Positions 1 through 10,422 of a stretch of 33,378 bases of DNA are shown piece by piece (positions within the stretch are counted from its first letter, which is position 1; every line of letters starts with the position of its first letter). The stretch lies in the NCBI GenBank assembly GCA_041183645.1, contig JBEGLG010000213.1:1-33378 (forward strand). The letters run 5' to 3'. The position numbers and the translations under genes were made by a program. The notes under the pieces are model-generated. The model saw only the letters and a program-made list of their open reading frames with translations, was not told where the DNA came from and did no database searches. Origin of the DNA: Actinomycetota bacterium. GTDB lineage: Bacteria > Actinomycetota > Actinomycetes > S36-B12.

Positions 1-3000
1 GTCGAGCGACTCGTCGGCCTCGGCTACGAGCGTGTCGACCTCGTCGAGCGTCGCGGGCAGGTTGCCGCACGCGGAGGCATCCTCGACGTCTTCCCGCCGA
101 CTAACGAGCACCCGTTGCGCATCGAGTTCTGGGGCGACACCGTCGAGGAGATCCGCAGTTTCGCGGTCGCCGATCAGCGCTCACTCGAGAGCATCGACGA
201 AGGGCTGTGGGCGCCGGCCGTGCGCGAACTGCTACTGACAGATTCGGTCAGGGCCCGTGCGGCTCAGCTCGCCGCCATTCCCCAGCTCACCGAGATGTGC
301 GACAAGCTTGCGAATGGCATCAGTGTCGAGGGCATGGAGTCGCTGTCGCCGGTGCTGGCCGATGGCATGACCTCGCTGCTCGAACTTCTCGCTCCCGGCA
401 CGCAGGTCGTGTCGATGCAGCCTGAGCGCATCGATGCCCGTGCCCATGATCTCGTGCGCACGGCCGAGGAGTTTCTGGCTGCCTCCTGGCATAACGCAGC
501 CGCTGGCAATGAGACGCCCATCGATCTCGCCGGACTGAACTACCTGTCGCTCGACGACCTTCAGATCGCGGCGATCCAGCGATCGATGCGCTGGTGGGAT
601 CTCAGTGCGCTACCGAGTGACGACGAGCTCGCCGAGGACACCGAGCTTCGTGTCACGGTCGATGCCCACGAGTGCAACGGCTACAAGGGTGACTACACAG
701 CGATCGTCACTGACCTCCGCACCTGGCTTGCCGAGGGTCGTGTCGTGGGATTCGTGACCCAGGGACATGGATCCGCTGAGCGCATCGCCGAGACTCTCTC
801 CGGCGAGAATGTGGCGGCCAGGCTCGTCGATGACCTGATCGACGCGCAGCCGGGGGTCGTGCACATCACGACCGGTCGACTCGACTCCGGCTTCATCTTC
901 CCCGGGCTCGTGCTCATCACGGAGGCCGATGTCTCCGGACAGCGTTCGGCCACGCGCGACATGCGCCGGATGCCCTCACGTCGCCGCCGCACGATTGACC
1001 CGCTGTCGCTCAAGGCCGGTGACTTCGTCGTGCACGAGCAGCACGGCGTGGGCAAGTACGTCGAGATGGTGCAGCGCACCGTCGGTGACGCGACCCGCGA
1101 ATACCTCGTTCTCGAGTACGCATCGAGCAAGCGCGGTCAACCGGCAGATCGCCTCTACGTGCCCACCGATCAACTCGATCTCGTCACGAAGTACGTCGGT
1201 GGCGAGGCGCCGGCGGTCCACCGCCTGGGCGGCGCTGATTGGCAGAAGGCCAAGGGCCGGGCCCGCAAGGCGGTCAAGCAGATCGCCGGCGAGCTCATCC
1301 GTCTCTACGCCGCGCGCCAGGCAGCCAAGGGTCACGCCTTCGGTGCCGATACGCCGTGGCAGCACGAACTCGAGGATGCCTTCGCCTATGTCGAGACTCC
1401 CGACCAGCTCGCCTGCATCGATGAGGTCAAGGCCGACATGGAGCGCACGGTTCCGATGGATCGCCTGATCTGCGGCGATGTCGGCTATGGCAAGACCGAG
1501 ATCGCGGTGCGCGCGGCATTCAAGGCCGTGCAGGATGGCAAGCAGGTGGCTGTCCTGGTGCCCACGACCTTGCTCGTGCAGCAGCACTTCTCCACCTTCG
1601 CTGATCGGTACAGCGCTTTCCCGGTGAAGGTGGCCGCGCTCTCGCGCTTCAGTTCCGACAAGGAGGCCAAGGAGGTCCTGGCCGGAGTCGCCGACGGTTC
1701 AGTCGACGTCGTGATCGGCACGCATCGCCTGCTGACCCCCGATGTGCGCTTCAAGGACCTAGGCCTCGTGATTCTCGACGAAGAGCAGCGCTTCGGAGTC
1801 GAGCACAAGGAGTACCTGAAAGCCCTCCGCACCAACGTCGACGTGCTCGCGATGTCGGCCACGCCGATCCCGCGCACGCTCGAGATGGCGGTCACGGGCA
1901 TTCGCGAGATGTCAGTGATCCAGACCCCGCCGGAAGAGCGGCATCCCGTGCTCACCTTCGTCGGCCCCTACGACGACAAGCAGATCTCCGCGGCCATGCG
2001 ACGCGAGCTGATGCGCGACGGCCAGGTGTTCTTCGTGCACAACCGCGTCGAGTCCATCGACCGCGTGGCCTCACGACTTCGTGATCTCGTGCCGGAGGCC
2101 CGCATCGCAGTCGCGCACGGTCAGATGGGGGAGCACCAGCTCGAGCAGGTCATCGTCGACTTCTGGAACAAGGAGATCGACGTCCTGGTGTGCACGACCA
2201 TCGTCGAGTCGGGCATCGACATCGCCAACGCGAACACGTTGATCGTCGATCGAGCTGACAACTTCGGACTCTCGCAGCTTCATCAGTTGCGTGGTCGTGT
2301 GGGGCGAGGCCGCGAGCGTGCCTACGCCTACTTCCTGTACTCGCCCGAGAAGCCGCTGACCGAGACAGCGCACGAGCGCCTCGCCACGATTGCTCAGCAC
2401 ACCGATCTCGGCTCCGGCATGCGCATCGCGATGAAGGATCTCGAGATTCGCGGTGCGGGCAATCTGCTCGGTGGCGAGCAGAGCGGTCACATCGCCGATG
2501 TCGGATTCGATCTCTACGTCCGCCTCGTCGGCGAGGCCCTCGCCGAGCACAAGGGCGATACCGAGGTCGTGTTGCCCGAGATCAAGGTCGAGCTCCCGAT
2601 CGATGCGCACATTCCGCATGACTACGTGCCCCATGAGCGCCTGCGTCTCGAGGCCTACAAGCGCCTCGCCGATGCGCATACGACTGAGCAGGTCGACGAA
2701 GTCGCCGCCGAGCTCACCGACCGCTACGGCTCGCTCCCGACCCCGGTCGAGGCACTGCTGGCTGTCGCCAGGTTCCGGGTTCTCGCCCGATCAGTGGGCC
2801 TGGCCGAGGTCGTCGTGCAAGGACAGGGGGTGCGGCTTGCCCCGGTCGAACTGCCGGAGTCGGGCCAGATGCGCCTGACCCGGCTATACCCGCGCACGCT
2901 GGTCAAGCCGGCAACTCGTACCATCATCGTGCCGCGTCCGGTCACGGCCCTCATGGGCGGTGCTCCGGTGAGCGGCACGGAATTGCTCGACTGGGCCGCC

Positions 3001-3063
3001 GAACTCATCTCGGCGCTCTGGCCGTCCAAGTCCCCCGCACCCGAATCGGAGAAGAAGTCGTGA
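1..3063 (+). CDS. mfd: Transcription-repair coupling factor Mfd (5' end lies outside the window)
   Basis: Frame 1 has no stop from base 1 to the track ATG at 115, and its translation (..RGGILDVFPPTNEHPLRIEFWGD..) continues the Mfd sequence. Superfamily-2 helicase motifs are present: GDVGYGKTE (Walker A), ILDEEQRFG (DExx), SATPIPRTL, FFVHNRVESI, RGRVGRG. A C-terminal TRCF-type region follows. Confidence 0.95.
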   Translation, partial: VERLVGLGYERVDLVERRGQVAARGGILDVFPPTNEHPLRIEFWGDTVEEIRSFAVADQRSLESIDEGLWAPAVRELLLTDSVRARAAQLAAIPQLTEMCDKLANGISVEGMESLSPVLADGMTSLLELLAPGTQVVSMQPERIDARAHDLVRTAEEFLAASWHNAAAGNETPIDLAGLNYLSLDDLQIAAIQRSMRWWDLSALPSDDELAEDTELRVTVDAHECNGYKGDYTAIVTDLRTWLAEGRVVGFVTQGHGSAERIAETLSGENVAARLVDDLIDAQPGVVHITTGRLDSGFIFPGLVLITEADVSGQRSATRDMRRMPSRRRRTIDPLSLKAGDFVVHEQHGVGKYVEMVQRTVGDATREYLVLEYASSKRGQPADRLYVPTDQLDLVTKYVGGEAPAVHRLGGADWQKAKGRARKAVKQIAGELIRLYAARQAAKGHAFGADTPWQHELEDAFAYVETPDQLACIDEVKADMERTVPMDRLICGDVGYGKTEIAVRAAFKAVQDGKQVAVLVPTTLLVQQHFSTFADRYSAFPVKVAALSRFSSDKEAKEVLAGVADGSVDVVIGTHRLLTPDVRFKDLGLVILDEEQRFGVEHKEYLKALRTNVDVLAMSATPIPRTLEMAVTGIREMSVIQTPPEERHPVLTFVGPYDDKQISAAMRRELMRDGQVFFVHNRVESIDRVASRLRDLVPEARIAVAHGQMGEHQLEQVIVDFWNKEIDVLVCTTIVESGIDIANANTLIVDRADNFGLSQLHQLRGRVGRGRERAYAYFLYSPEKPLTETAHERLATIAQHTDLGSGMRIAMKDLEIRGAGNLLGGEQSGHIADVGFDLYVRLVGEALAEHKGDTEVVLPEIKVELPIDAHIPHDYVPHERLRLEAYKRLADAHTTEQVDEVAAELTDRYGSLPTPVEALLAVARFRVLARSVGLAEVVVQGQGVRLAPVELPESGQMRLTRLYPRTLVKPATRTIIVPRPVTALMGGAPVSGTELLDWAAELISALWPSKSPAPESEKKS

Positions 3064-3671
3064 AGCGTCGCACCCGTGCAGTATCCGTAGCAGTCCTGGC
3101 CGCCAGCCTGGCCGCCTCCAGCATGCTGGTGAGCGCCTGCGGCTCGACTAATGCGAGCACTGCTGCCACGGTCGGCTCCGAGACCATCAGCGACAAGCAG
3201 CTCACCGACTGGGTGCAGGGCGTGCTGGTCGCCACGGGCAAGTCGCCCAATGCGGTCGACCAGACCGTGACCTCGAACTCTCTCAACCTGCTCATCTACC
3301 TGGATCTGCTCGATGCGGTGGCCGGTGCTGTCGGCGCCACCGCGAGCCAGGGCGAGATCGACGCTGCCGGGAAGAGCCTGATCCAGGCCGGTGCCACCGA
3401 GGAGCAGATCACGGCAAGCGCAGCGCAGAGCGGCATCGCGCCTGACGCGGTGCCCGCCTTCATTCGCGCCAATGTGCTCACGCCGAAGATCCAGGCAGTT
3501 CTTGCCCCCGGCGCCACCCCCGAGCAGCAGCAGACGGCTTTCCAGCAGGCCCTGGTGACCGCAGCCAATGAACTCGGTGTCACCGTCAACCCGCGCTACG
3601 GCAGCTGGTCGCCCGACTCGATCAAGCTGGGCGCACCGCCCAGCGATCTGTCCATCCCGCCGGCTGACTAG
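3060..3671 (+). CDS. Secreted lipoprotein of unknown function (possibly SurA-N-like chaperone fold)
   Basis: GTG start overlaps the mfd stop (GTGA). The N-terminus MKRRTRAVSVAVLAASLAASSMLVSAC has a basic n-region, a hydrophobic core and a VSAC lipobox. The mature part is Ala/Gln rich. The functional assignment is weak. Confidence 0.65.
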   Translation: MKRRTRAVSVAVLAASLAASSMLVSACGSTNASTAATVGSETISDKQLTDWVQGVLVATGKSPNAVDQTVTSNSLNLLIYLDLLDAVAGAVGATASQGEIDAAGKSLIQAGATEEQITASAAQSGIAPDAVPAFIRANVLTPKIQAVLAPGATPEQQQTAFQQALVTAANELGVTVNPRYGSWSPDSIKLGAPPSDLSIPPAD

Positions 3672-3673
3672 TC

Positions 3674-4372
3674 ATGACCGCGCCTGAGGGCAGGACCGGA
3701 GCGCGACTGCTCGATCTCGTCGCGGTCATGGACACCCTTCGCTCACCGGGTGGCTGCCCGTGGGATGCGCGCCAGACTCATGAGTCGCTGGTCGAGTACC
3801 TGATCGAGGAGTCCTACGAGAGCGTCGAGGCCATCGAGGCCGGCGATCGTGCGGGCATGCGTGAAGAGCTGGGCGATCTCCTGCTCCAGGTGGTGTTCCA
3901 CGCGCGCATCGCGCAGGACGACACGGTCGATCCCTGGGACATCGACGACGTGGCCGACGGCATCACGCGCAAGCTGATTGCCCGGCATCCGCATGTGTTC
4001 GACAGGGCGAGCGACGATGCGACTGCAGGCAAGAGCGCCGAGGAGGTCGAGGCCGACTGGCACGCACTCAAGGCCAAGGAGAAGGGCCGAGAGTCGGTCA
4101 CCGATGGCATACCGGCGAACCTTCCTGCGCTGCTGCGCGCATCCAAGGTGCTCAGCCGCAGCACGCGCCTCGAGAACCCGGCACCCGAGCTCGCAGAGTC
4201 CGTTCGCGCGAGTGCTGCGCTCGACGGCCTCGATTCGAGTGACGCTCTCGGAGATCTCCTGCTGGCTCTCGTGGCAGCAGCGCGCGAGCAGGGGTGGGAT
4301 GCCGAAGGCGCCTTGCGCGATGCCACGCGTCGTCGCATCGCGGAGATTCGCGCAGCCGAGGGCCTGGCATGA
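3674..4372 (+). CDS. mazG: Nucleoside triphosphate pyrophosphohydrolase MazG
   Basis: MazG-type motifs are present: CPWDARQTHESLVEYLIEESYE..EAIE and EELGDLLLQVVFHARIA. The position just after mfd matches actinobacterial synteny. Confidence 0.85.
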   Translation: MTAPEGRTGARLLDLVAVMDTLRSPGGCPWDARQTHESLVEYLIEESYESVEAIEAGDRAGMREELGDLLLQVVFHARIAQDDTVDPWDIDDVADGITRKLIARHPHVFDRASDDATAGKSAEEVEADWHALKAKEKGRESVTDGIPANLPALLRASKVLSRSTRLENPAPELAESVRASAALDGLDSSDALGDLLLALVAAAREQGWDAEGALRDATRRRIAEIRAAEGLA

Positions 4373-6009
4373 ACGAGCCCACGCGTCAGTTCCATGCGAT
4401 CGCCGATGCGGTGCTTGCCGAACTTCTTGCGGCGGACCCCGTTGCCGCCACCTGGCTGGGGGACCACTCGCACGACAGCGAACTTCCCGATCTCACTGAT
4501 CAGGCGGTCAGCGCCCGCACGATTCGGCTGGAGGATCACCTCACGGCCCTCGATGCCGTCGACGATGTCGAACTCGATCTCGCCGACGTGGTCGACCTCG
4601 AGATCCTGCGCAGTGCGCTGACTAAGGCCGTCTTCGACGACACCGAGTTGCGCGAGCAGACCTGGAATCCGATGGCCTGGAATCCGGGCACCTCCCTTCA
4701 CCTCCTCCTTTCGCGTGACTTCGCGCCGCTCGCCGATCGACTGATCAGTGCCCGCGGCCGACTTGGTGAGATTCCGCGCTTCCTTGCCGACGCGCGGCAG
4801 ACCCTGCAGGAGATGCCGGCTGTTCATGTCGAGACGGCGCTCGCGCAGTTCGCCGGGGCACGGGCACTCATTCAGGGCCAGCTCGCCCCCCTGCTCGGCG
4901 AGCACGGCATGGGTGATGCCGGTGTCGCCGCCGCTACCGCGGCCCTCGACGACTTCACCGAGTGGCTCAGTGAGCAACTGCCCTTCTCGCGCAAGGACCC
5001 GCGACTGGGCGAGCGGCTCTACTCGGCCGTGCTCTGGCATCGGCTCGATGACGGCACGACGCCGGGATCCCTGCTCGAGGATGCGCACGCGAATCTCGAT
5101 CTCGTGAGCGAGCAGATCCGCGAGGTGGCCTGCGAGTATCTCGGCGAGAGTGGCCGTGACGTAGTGGAACGTGCGCTCGCGCAGGTCGCCACCGACTTCC
5201 CGGTGACGAACGACACCGTGCTCGCACTCGTCGAGGCGGCGAACTCTCGCTCACGCGACTTCACCATTGCCCGCGACCTCGTCTCGGTTCCCGACATCGA
5301 TGTGCGCGTCATCGAGATGCCCGAGATTCATCGCGGTGTGGCTGTCGCCTACTGCGATGCACCAGGCCCGCTCGAGACTGCGCCGGTACCGACCTTCGTC
5401 GCCGTGTCGCCGACTCCGGCCGACTGGTTGACAGAGCGAGTCGACTCCTTCTACCGCGAGTACAACGGCGTTCAGCTTCATGACCTCACGATTCATGAAG
5501 CATTCCCCGGTCACGTGCTGCAGCTCGCGCATGCGCGAGCGCTCAAGGCGGCATCGCCCGTGCGCAAATTCGGCATGAGCGGGGTGTTCGTCGAGGGGTG
5601 GGCGGTCTACGCCGAGCAGCTCATGATTGATCGCGGCTACACGCCGACCGATGATCCGCGTTCGGCCTTGGCCATCCGCCTGCAGCAGCTCAAGATGCAG
5701 CTGCGCATGACCATCAACGCGATCCTCGATGTCGGCGTGCATGCCGGTGACATGACCGAGGATGAAGGGCTGGCGCTGATGCGCGACCGCGGCTTCCAGG
5801 AGGAGGGCGAGGCAGTGGGCAAGTGGCGCCGTGCCTTGCTGACCTCAGGCCAGCTGCCCACCTATTTCGTGGGCTACAAGGCGGTCACCGAGATCGCGAG
5901 CGACCTCCGCGTGCTGCACTCCGATTGGAGTGATCGGCAGGTGCACGACCTCATGCTCAGCCAGGGGTCGCCGGCGCCGAGGCACCTGCGCACCCTGCTG
6001 GGCATCTGA
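4369..6009 (+). CDS. DUF885-family protein (putative metallopeptidase-like)
   Basis: Start reset from 4294 to the ATG at 4369, which forms an ATGA overlap with the mazG stop. The product begins MNEPTRQFHAIAD. It contains the DUF885-typical HEAFPGHVLQ segment, and its length (about 546 aa) fits the family. Confidence 0.8.
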   Translation: MNEPTRQFHAIADAVLAELLAADPVAATWLGDHSHDSELPDLTDQAVSARTIRLEDHLTALDAVDDVELDLADVVDLEILRSALTKAVFDDTELREQTWNPMAWNPGTSLHLLLSRDFAPLADRLISARGRLGEIPRFLADARQTLQEMPAVHVETALAQFAGARALIQGQLAPLLGEHGMGDAGVAAATAALDDFTEWLSEQLPFSRKDPRLGERLYSAVLWHRLDDGTTPGSLLEDAHANLDLVSEQIREVACEYLGESGRDVVERALAQVATDFPVTNDTVLALVEAANSRSRDFTIARDLVSVPDIDVRVIEMPEIHRGVAVAYCDAPGPLETAPVPTFVAVSPTPADWLTERVDSFYREYNGVQLHDLTIHEAFPGHVLQLAHARALKAASPVRKFGMSGVFVEGWAVYAEQLMIDRGYTPTDDPRSALAIRLQQLKMQLRMTINAILDVGVHAGDMTEDEGLALMRDRGFQEEGEAVGKWRRALLTSGQLPTYFVGYKAVTEIASDLRVLHSDWSDRQVHDLMLSQGSPAPRHLRTLLGI

Positions 6010-6053
6010 TCCTCGGAAGTCCTGCGATCTCAGCCCCCTCGTGGCTCCCCTAG

Positions 6054-7340
<1,287 letters not shown>

Positions 7341-7372
7341 TCTTTCGCCCCAGTCGTGACACCATCGTCAGT

Positions 7373-7786
7373 ATGAGCGCTTCCTCCGGTCTGCTCGACC
7401 CCCGACGCAAGGGGTCGATCACCGGGCGCGCGCTCGTACTGGCGGTGGTGCTCGTCATCCTGGCCGTCACCTTGGCCGTGCCGATCAAGTCGTGGTTCGC
7501 CCAGCGGGCCCAGATCTCCGGGCTCGAGGCTGACGTTGCGGCGGCCCAGGCACAGGTCGACTCCCTGAAGCTGCAGAAGGAGCGCTGGGCCGACCCCGCG
7601 TTCGTGGCCGCCGAGGCTCGGCGACGCCTGCACTTCGTCCTCCCGGGCGAGGTCGGCTACGTGACCCTCGGTGCCGATGGTCAGCCGCTTGACGGAAGCA
7701 ACCTCGGAGTCACCCCGAATCCGAGCTGGTACACCTCGCTCTACGGCGCACTTCAGCAGGCTGACCGGGCTACCGGTGCCCAGTGA
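7373..7786 (+). CDS. Septum formation initiator family protein (FtsB/DivIC-like)
   Basis: Single N-terminal TM helix (ALVLAVVLVILAVTLAV), then a coiled-coil (ISGLEADVAAAQAQVDSLKLQKERW) and the ..ARRRLHFVLPGE.. motif. It sits directly after eno, as in other actinobacteria. Confidence 0.75.
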   Translation: MSASSGLLDPRRKGSITGRALVLAVVLVILAVTLAVPIKSWFAQRAQISGLEADVAAAQAQVDSLKLQKERWADPAFVAAEARRRLHFVLPGEVGYVTLGADGQPLDGSNLGVTPNPSWYTSLYGALQQADRATGAQ

Positions 7787-7793
7787 CCCATCA

Positions 7794-8291
7794 GTGTCGC
7801 CGGGCCTGAGCGCTGACGACACCGCGCGCATCGAACTGCAGCTGGGCCGCGCACCGCGTGGCTCTGTCGACGTGGCGCATCGCTGCGAATGCGGATCCCC
7901 GACTGTCGTGAAGACTCTTCCCCGGCTTCCTGATGGCACGCCGTTCCCGACCACGTATTACATGACCTGCCCGCGGCTGACTTCGGCGATCGGCACGCTC
8001 GAGAGCAGCGGCATGATGCGCGAAATGGAGGCACGCCTGAGCACCGACGCGGAGCTCGCCTCTGCCTACCGTGCCGCGCACGAGTCCTATCTCGAGACTC
8101 GTTATGCGATGGGTGATGTCGAGGAGATCCACGGCATCAGTGCGGGCGGAATGCCCGATCGCGTGAAGTGCCTGCATGTGCTGGCCGCCCATGCGCTTGC
8201 GGCCGGCCCTGGGGTCAACCCGTTGGGCGACGAGGTGCTGGCGGCTCTCGAGCCGTGGTGGCGCACCTCGCCGTGCTCGCAGCTCGCATGA
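7794..8291 (+). CDS. DUF501 domain protein
   Basis: Conserved-looking core CECGSPTVVKTLPRLPDGTPFPTTYYMTCPRL and KCLHVLAAHALA. Start placed at the in-frame GTG at 7794, just after the upstream stop, not the track start at 7671, which overlaps that gene by about 115 nt. The start is uncertain. Confidence 0.7.
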   Translation: MSPGLSADDTARIELQLGRAPRGSVDVAHRCECGSPTVVKTLPRLPDGTPFPTTYYMTCPRLTSAIGTLESSGMMREMEARLSTDAELASAYRAAHESYLETRYAMGDVEEIHGISAGGMPDRVKCLHVLAAHALAAGPGVNPLGDEVLAALEPWWRTSPCSQLA

Positions 8292-9202
8292 CCCGCGTCG
8301 CCGCCATCGACTGCGGTACTAACGCCTTGCGGTTGCTCATCGCCGACATCGATGACTCCGGGAATCTGGTTGACGTAGCGCGGCTCATGCGCACGGTGCG
8401 ATTGGGCGAGGGTGTCGATCGCACCGGGGAGTTCTCCGCTGCCGCGCTCGAGCGCACCTTCGCGGTCTGCGCGGTGTATGCGCAGCTGATCAGCGAGCAC
8501 AACGTCAAGCGCTCGCGCTTCGTCGCGACCTCCGCCAGCCGTGATGTGTCGAATCGAGAGAAGTTTGTCGACGGCGTGACAGCCCGCATGGGTATTGCGC
8601 CCGAGGTCATCGCAGGCACCGAGGAGGCGGCTCTCTCCTATGAGGGCGCGACGCGCTCGCTCTCGACACTGATCGCGCCCGCGCTCGTGGTCGACATCGG
8701 GGGCGGATCGACCGAGTTCGTGCTCGGGGAGCAGTCAGTCAGCGTCAACATCGGCTGCGTGCGCATGACCGAGCGTCACCTGCATTCAGATCCGCCGACC
8801 GATGCGGAGATCGCCCTGGTGCGCGCCGATCTCGCCGAGGCCATGCAGCGAGCGGCCGGATCCGTGGATCTGCGGTCGGCCGGCACTCTGGTCGGGGTGG
8901 CCGGCACCGTGACCACTGTTGCCGCCCGTGCCCTGGGGCTCGACTCCTATGACCCCACGGTTCTGCACGGGGCCGTGATCGAGCGTGAGCCGCTGGAGCG
9001 AGCGATCGCCGACCTGGTGGCCATGACTCGGGCCCAACGGGCTGCACTGCCCTACATGCACCCCGGGCGCGTTGACGTGATCGGCGGCGGTGCCCTGGTC
9101 CTGGGCGCGGTGATGGACGCGGTGCGCCTGCCGCGCCTGACCGTCTCGGAATGCGACATCCTGGATGGCATCGCTTACAGGCTTGCTGCTGAAACTTCCT
9201 GA
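8288..9202 (+). CDS. ppx: Exopolyphosphatase / Ppx-GppA family phosphatase
   Basis: Start reset to the ATG at 8288 (ATGA overlap with the DUF501 stop), giving MTRVAAIDCGTNALRLLIAD. ASKHA-fold phosphate motifs IDCGTN and DIGGGSTEF are present. Confidence 0.85.
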   Translation: MTRVAAIDCGTNALRLLIADIDDSGNLVDVARLMRTVRLGEGVDRTGEFSAAALERTFAVCAVYAQLISEHNVKRSRFVATSASRDVSNREKFVDGVTARMGIAPEVIAGTEEAALSYEGATRSLSTLIAPALVVDIGGGSTEFVLGEQSVSVNIGCVRMTERHLHSDPPTDAEIALVRADLAEAMQRAAGSVDLRSAGTLVGVAGTVTTVAARALGLDSYDPTVLHGAVIEREPLERAIADLVAMTRAQRAALPYMHPGRVDVIGGGALVLGAVMDAVRLPRLTVSECDILDGIAYRLAAETS

Positions 9203-9283
9203 ACTAAGGGCCTCTCTTTCATGTAAACGGTTGTCGGTGGCCTACCCTCCTGCCTAGACTCGCAGGCCAGGCAAGGAGGAATC

Positions 9284-10291
9284 GTGGCCATCACCATCCG
9301 TGACGTCGCCGAGGCGGCAGGCGTCTCCACGGCAACCGTCTCGCGCGCGCTGCGCGGTCTCCCCAATGTCGACGAGGCCACGCGCGCCCGCGTACAGGCC
9401 ATCGCCGCCCAGCTCGACTACGTGATCTCGCCGAGCGCCTCGCGCCTGGCTAGCGGTCGCACGGGCAGCATCGGGGTCATCACTCCCTATATCTCCCGGT
9501 GGTTCTTCTCCACCGTGCTCTCCGGTGTCGAGAACGTTCTGCAGAACGCCGGGATGGATCTGCTGCTCATGAGCGTCTCCACCGCCGACTCGCAGCATCG
9601 GCTGCCACCTGCCCCACGTCTGCGCCGCCGAGTCGATGGAGTCCTGGCCATCGCGACTCCGCCCGATGATGCCCAGCTCGATGAGGTTATAGCGCTGGGC
9701 ATGCCCACGAGCCTGATCGGTACAGCCAAGGATGGCGTCGCGGGCGTGACCATCGACGATGTCCAAGCCGGGCGCACCGCAACCCAGCACCTGCTCAACC
9801 TCGGACATACCCGGATCGGAGTGATCAGCGGGCATCTCATCGATGCACCCTTCACTGCCGAGCATGATCGCTTCCGCGGCTATCGCGAGACCATGGAGGA
9901 AGCCGGCCTCGAGATCGATCCCCTGCTCGAGGCCTTCGGATACTTCACCGTGGCCGGCGGCGAGCAGGCGATGACCGCGCTGCTCACTCATCGCAATCGA
10001 CCGACCGCGGTCTTCGCGATGTCGGATGAGATGGCCTTCGGCGCCATGCGCGCGATGCGCGCGCATGGCCTCACGCCCGGCAAGGACATCTCGATTATCG
10101 GCATCGACAATCACGATCTCTCCGAGCTCCTCGACCTGACGACAGTCGCGCAGCCCGTTTTCGATCTCGGTCGAGTCGCTGCTGAGGCCCTTCTCGTGCA
10201 GATTCGCTCCGATGGCAGCTCTCCGCGACCCGAGAGCTTCGTGCTGCCCACTCAACTCATCGTTCGCGGCTCGACTGCACCCCCAAGCTGA
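9284..10291 (+). CDS. LacI-family transcriptional regulator
   Basis: GTG start is preceded by AAGGAGGAA. N-terminal HTH ITIRDVAEAAGVSTATVSRALRG is followed by a periplasmic-binding-protein-like sugar-binding fold (..AVFAMSDEMAFGAMRA..). Confidence 0.9.
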   Translation: MAITIRDVAEAAGVSTATVSRALRGLPNVDEATRARVQAIAAQLDYVISPSASRLASGRTGSIGVITPYISRWFFSTVLSGVENVLQNAGMDLLLMSVSTADSQHRLPPAPRLRRRVDGVLAIATPPDDAQLDEVIALGMPTSLIGTAKDGVAGVTIDDVQAGRTATQHLLNLGHTRIGVISGHLIDAPFTAEHDRFRGYRETMEEAGLEIDPLLEAFGYFTVAGGEQAMTALLTHRNRPTAVFAMSDEMAFGAMRAMRAHGLTPGKDISIIGIDNHDLSELLDLTTVAQPVFDLGRVAAEALLVQIRSDGSSPRPESFVLPTQLIVRGSTAPPS

Positions 10292-10321
10292 TGATCGAGC
10301 GCCGCCAACAAACCGTGTCCT

Positions 10322-10341
10322 AAATGTAATCAATTACATTT
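10322..10341. promoter_or_regulatory. Candidate LacI-type operator palindrome
   Basis: AAATGTAAT-CA-ATTACATTT has perfect 9-bp inverted arms around a 2-bp centre. It lies in an unusually AT-rich island between the LacI stop and the glycosidase start. The TGTAAT..ATTACA core resembles LacI/GalR-family operators. Confidence 0.55.
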
Positions 10342-10422
10342 CCAGTTTCGGCTTTTTTATGAGGAAATAGAGGTCCCGAGCCCCAACTTGGGGGGCAGAG
10401 ATGAAAGCGGTTAACTACAGCC

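Noticed and set aside
3814-5088. 424-aa minus-strand ORF antisense to the mazG and DUF885 genes
   Set aside because: Its composition is Arg/Ala/Ser/Gly-rich and low in complexity, with no motifs. The opposite strand carries recognisable MazG and DUF885 motifs. Long antisense ORFs are expected in GC-rich DNA because stop codons are scarce.
9254-10333. 359-aa minus-strand ORF antisense to the LacI regulator
   Set aside because: The plus frame has a textbook LacI HTH and sugar-binding fold behind a strong RBS. The antisense product has no motifs and shows the typical GC-rich shadow-ORF composition.
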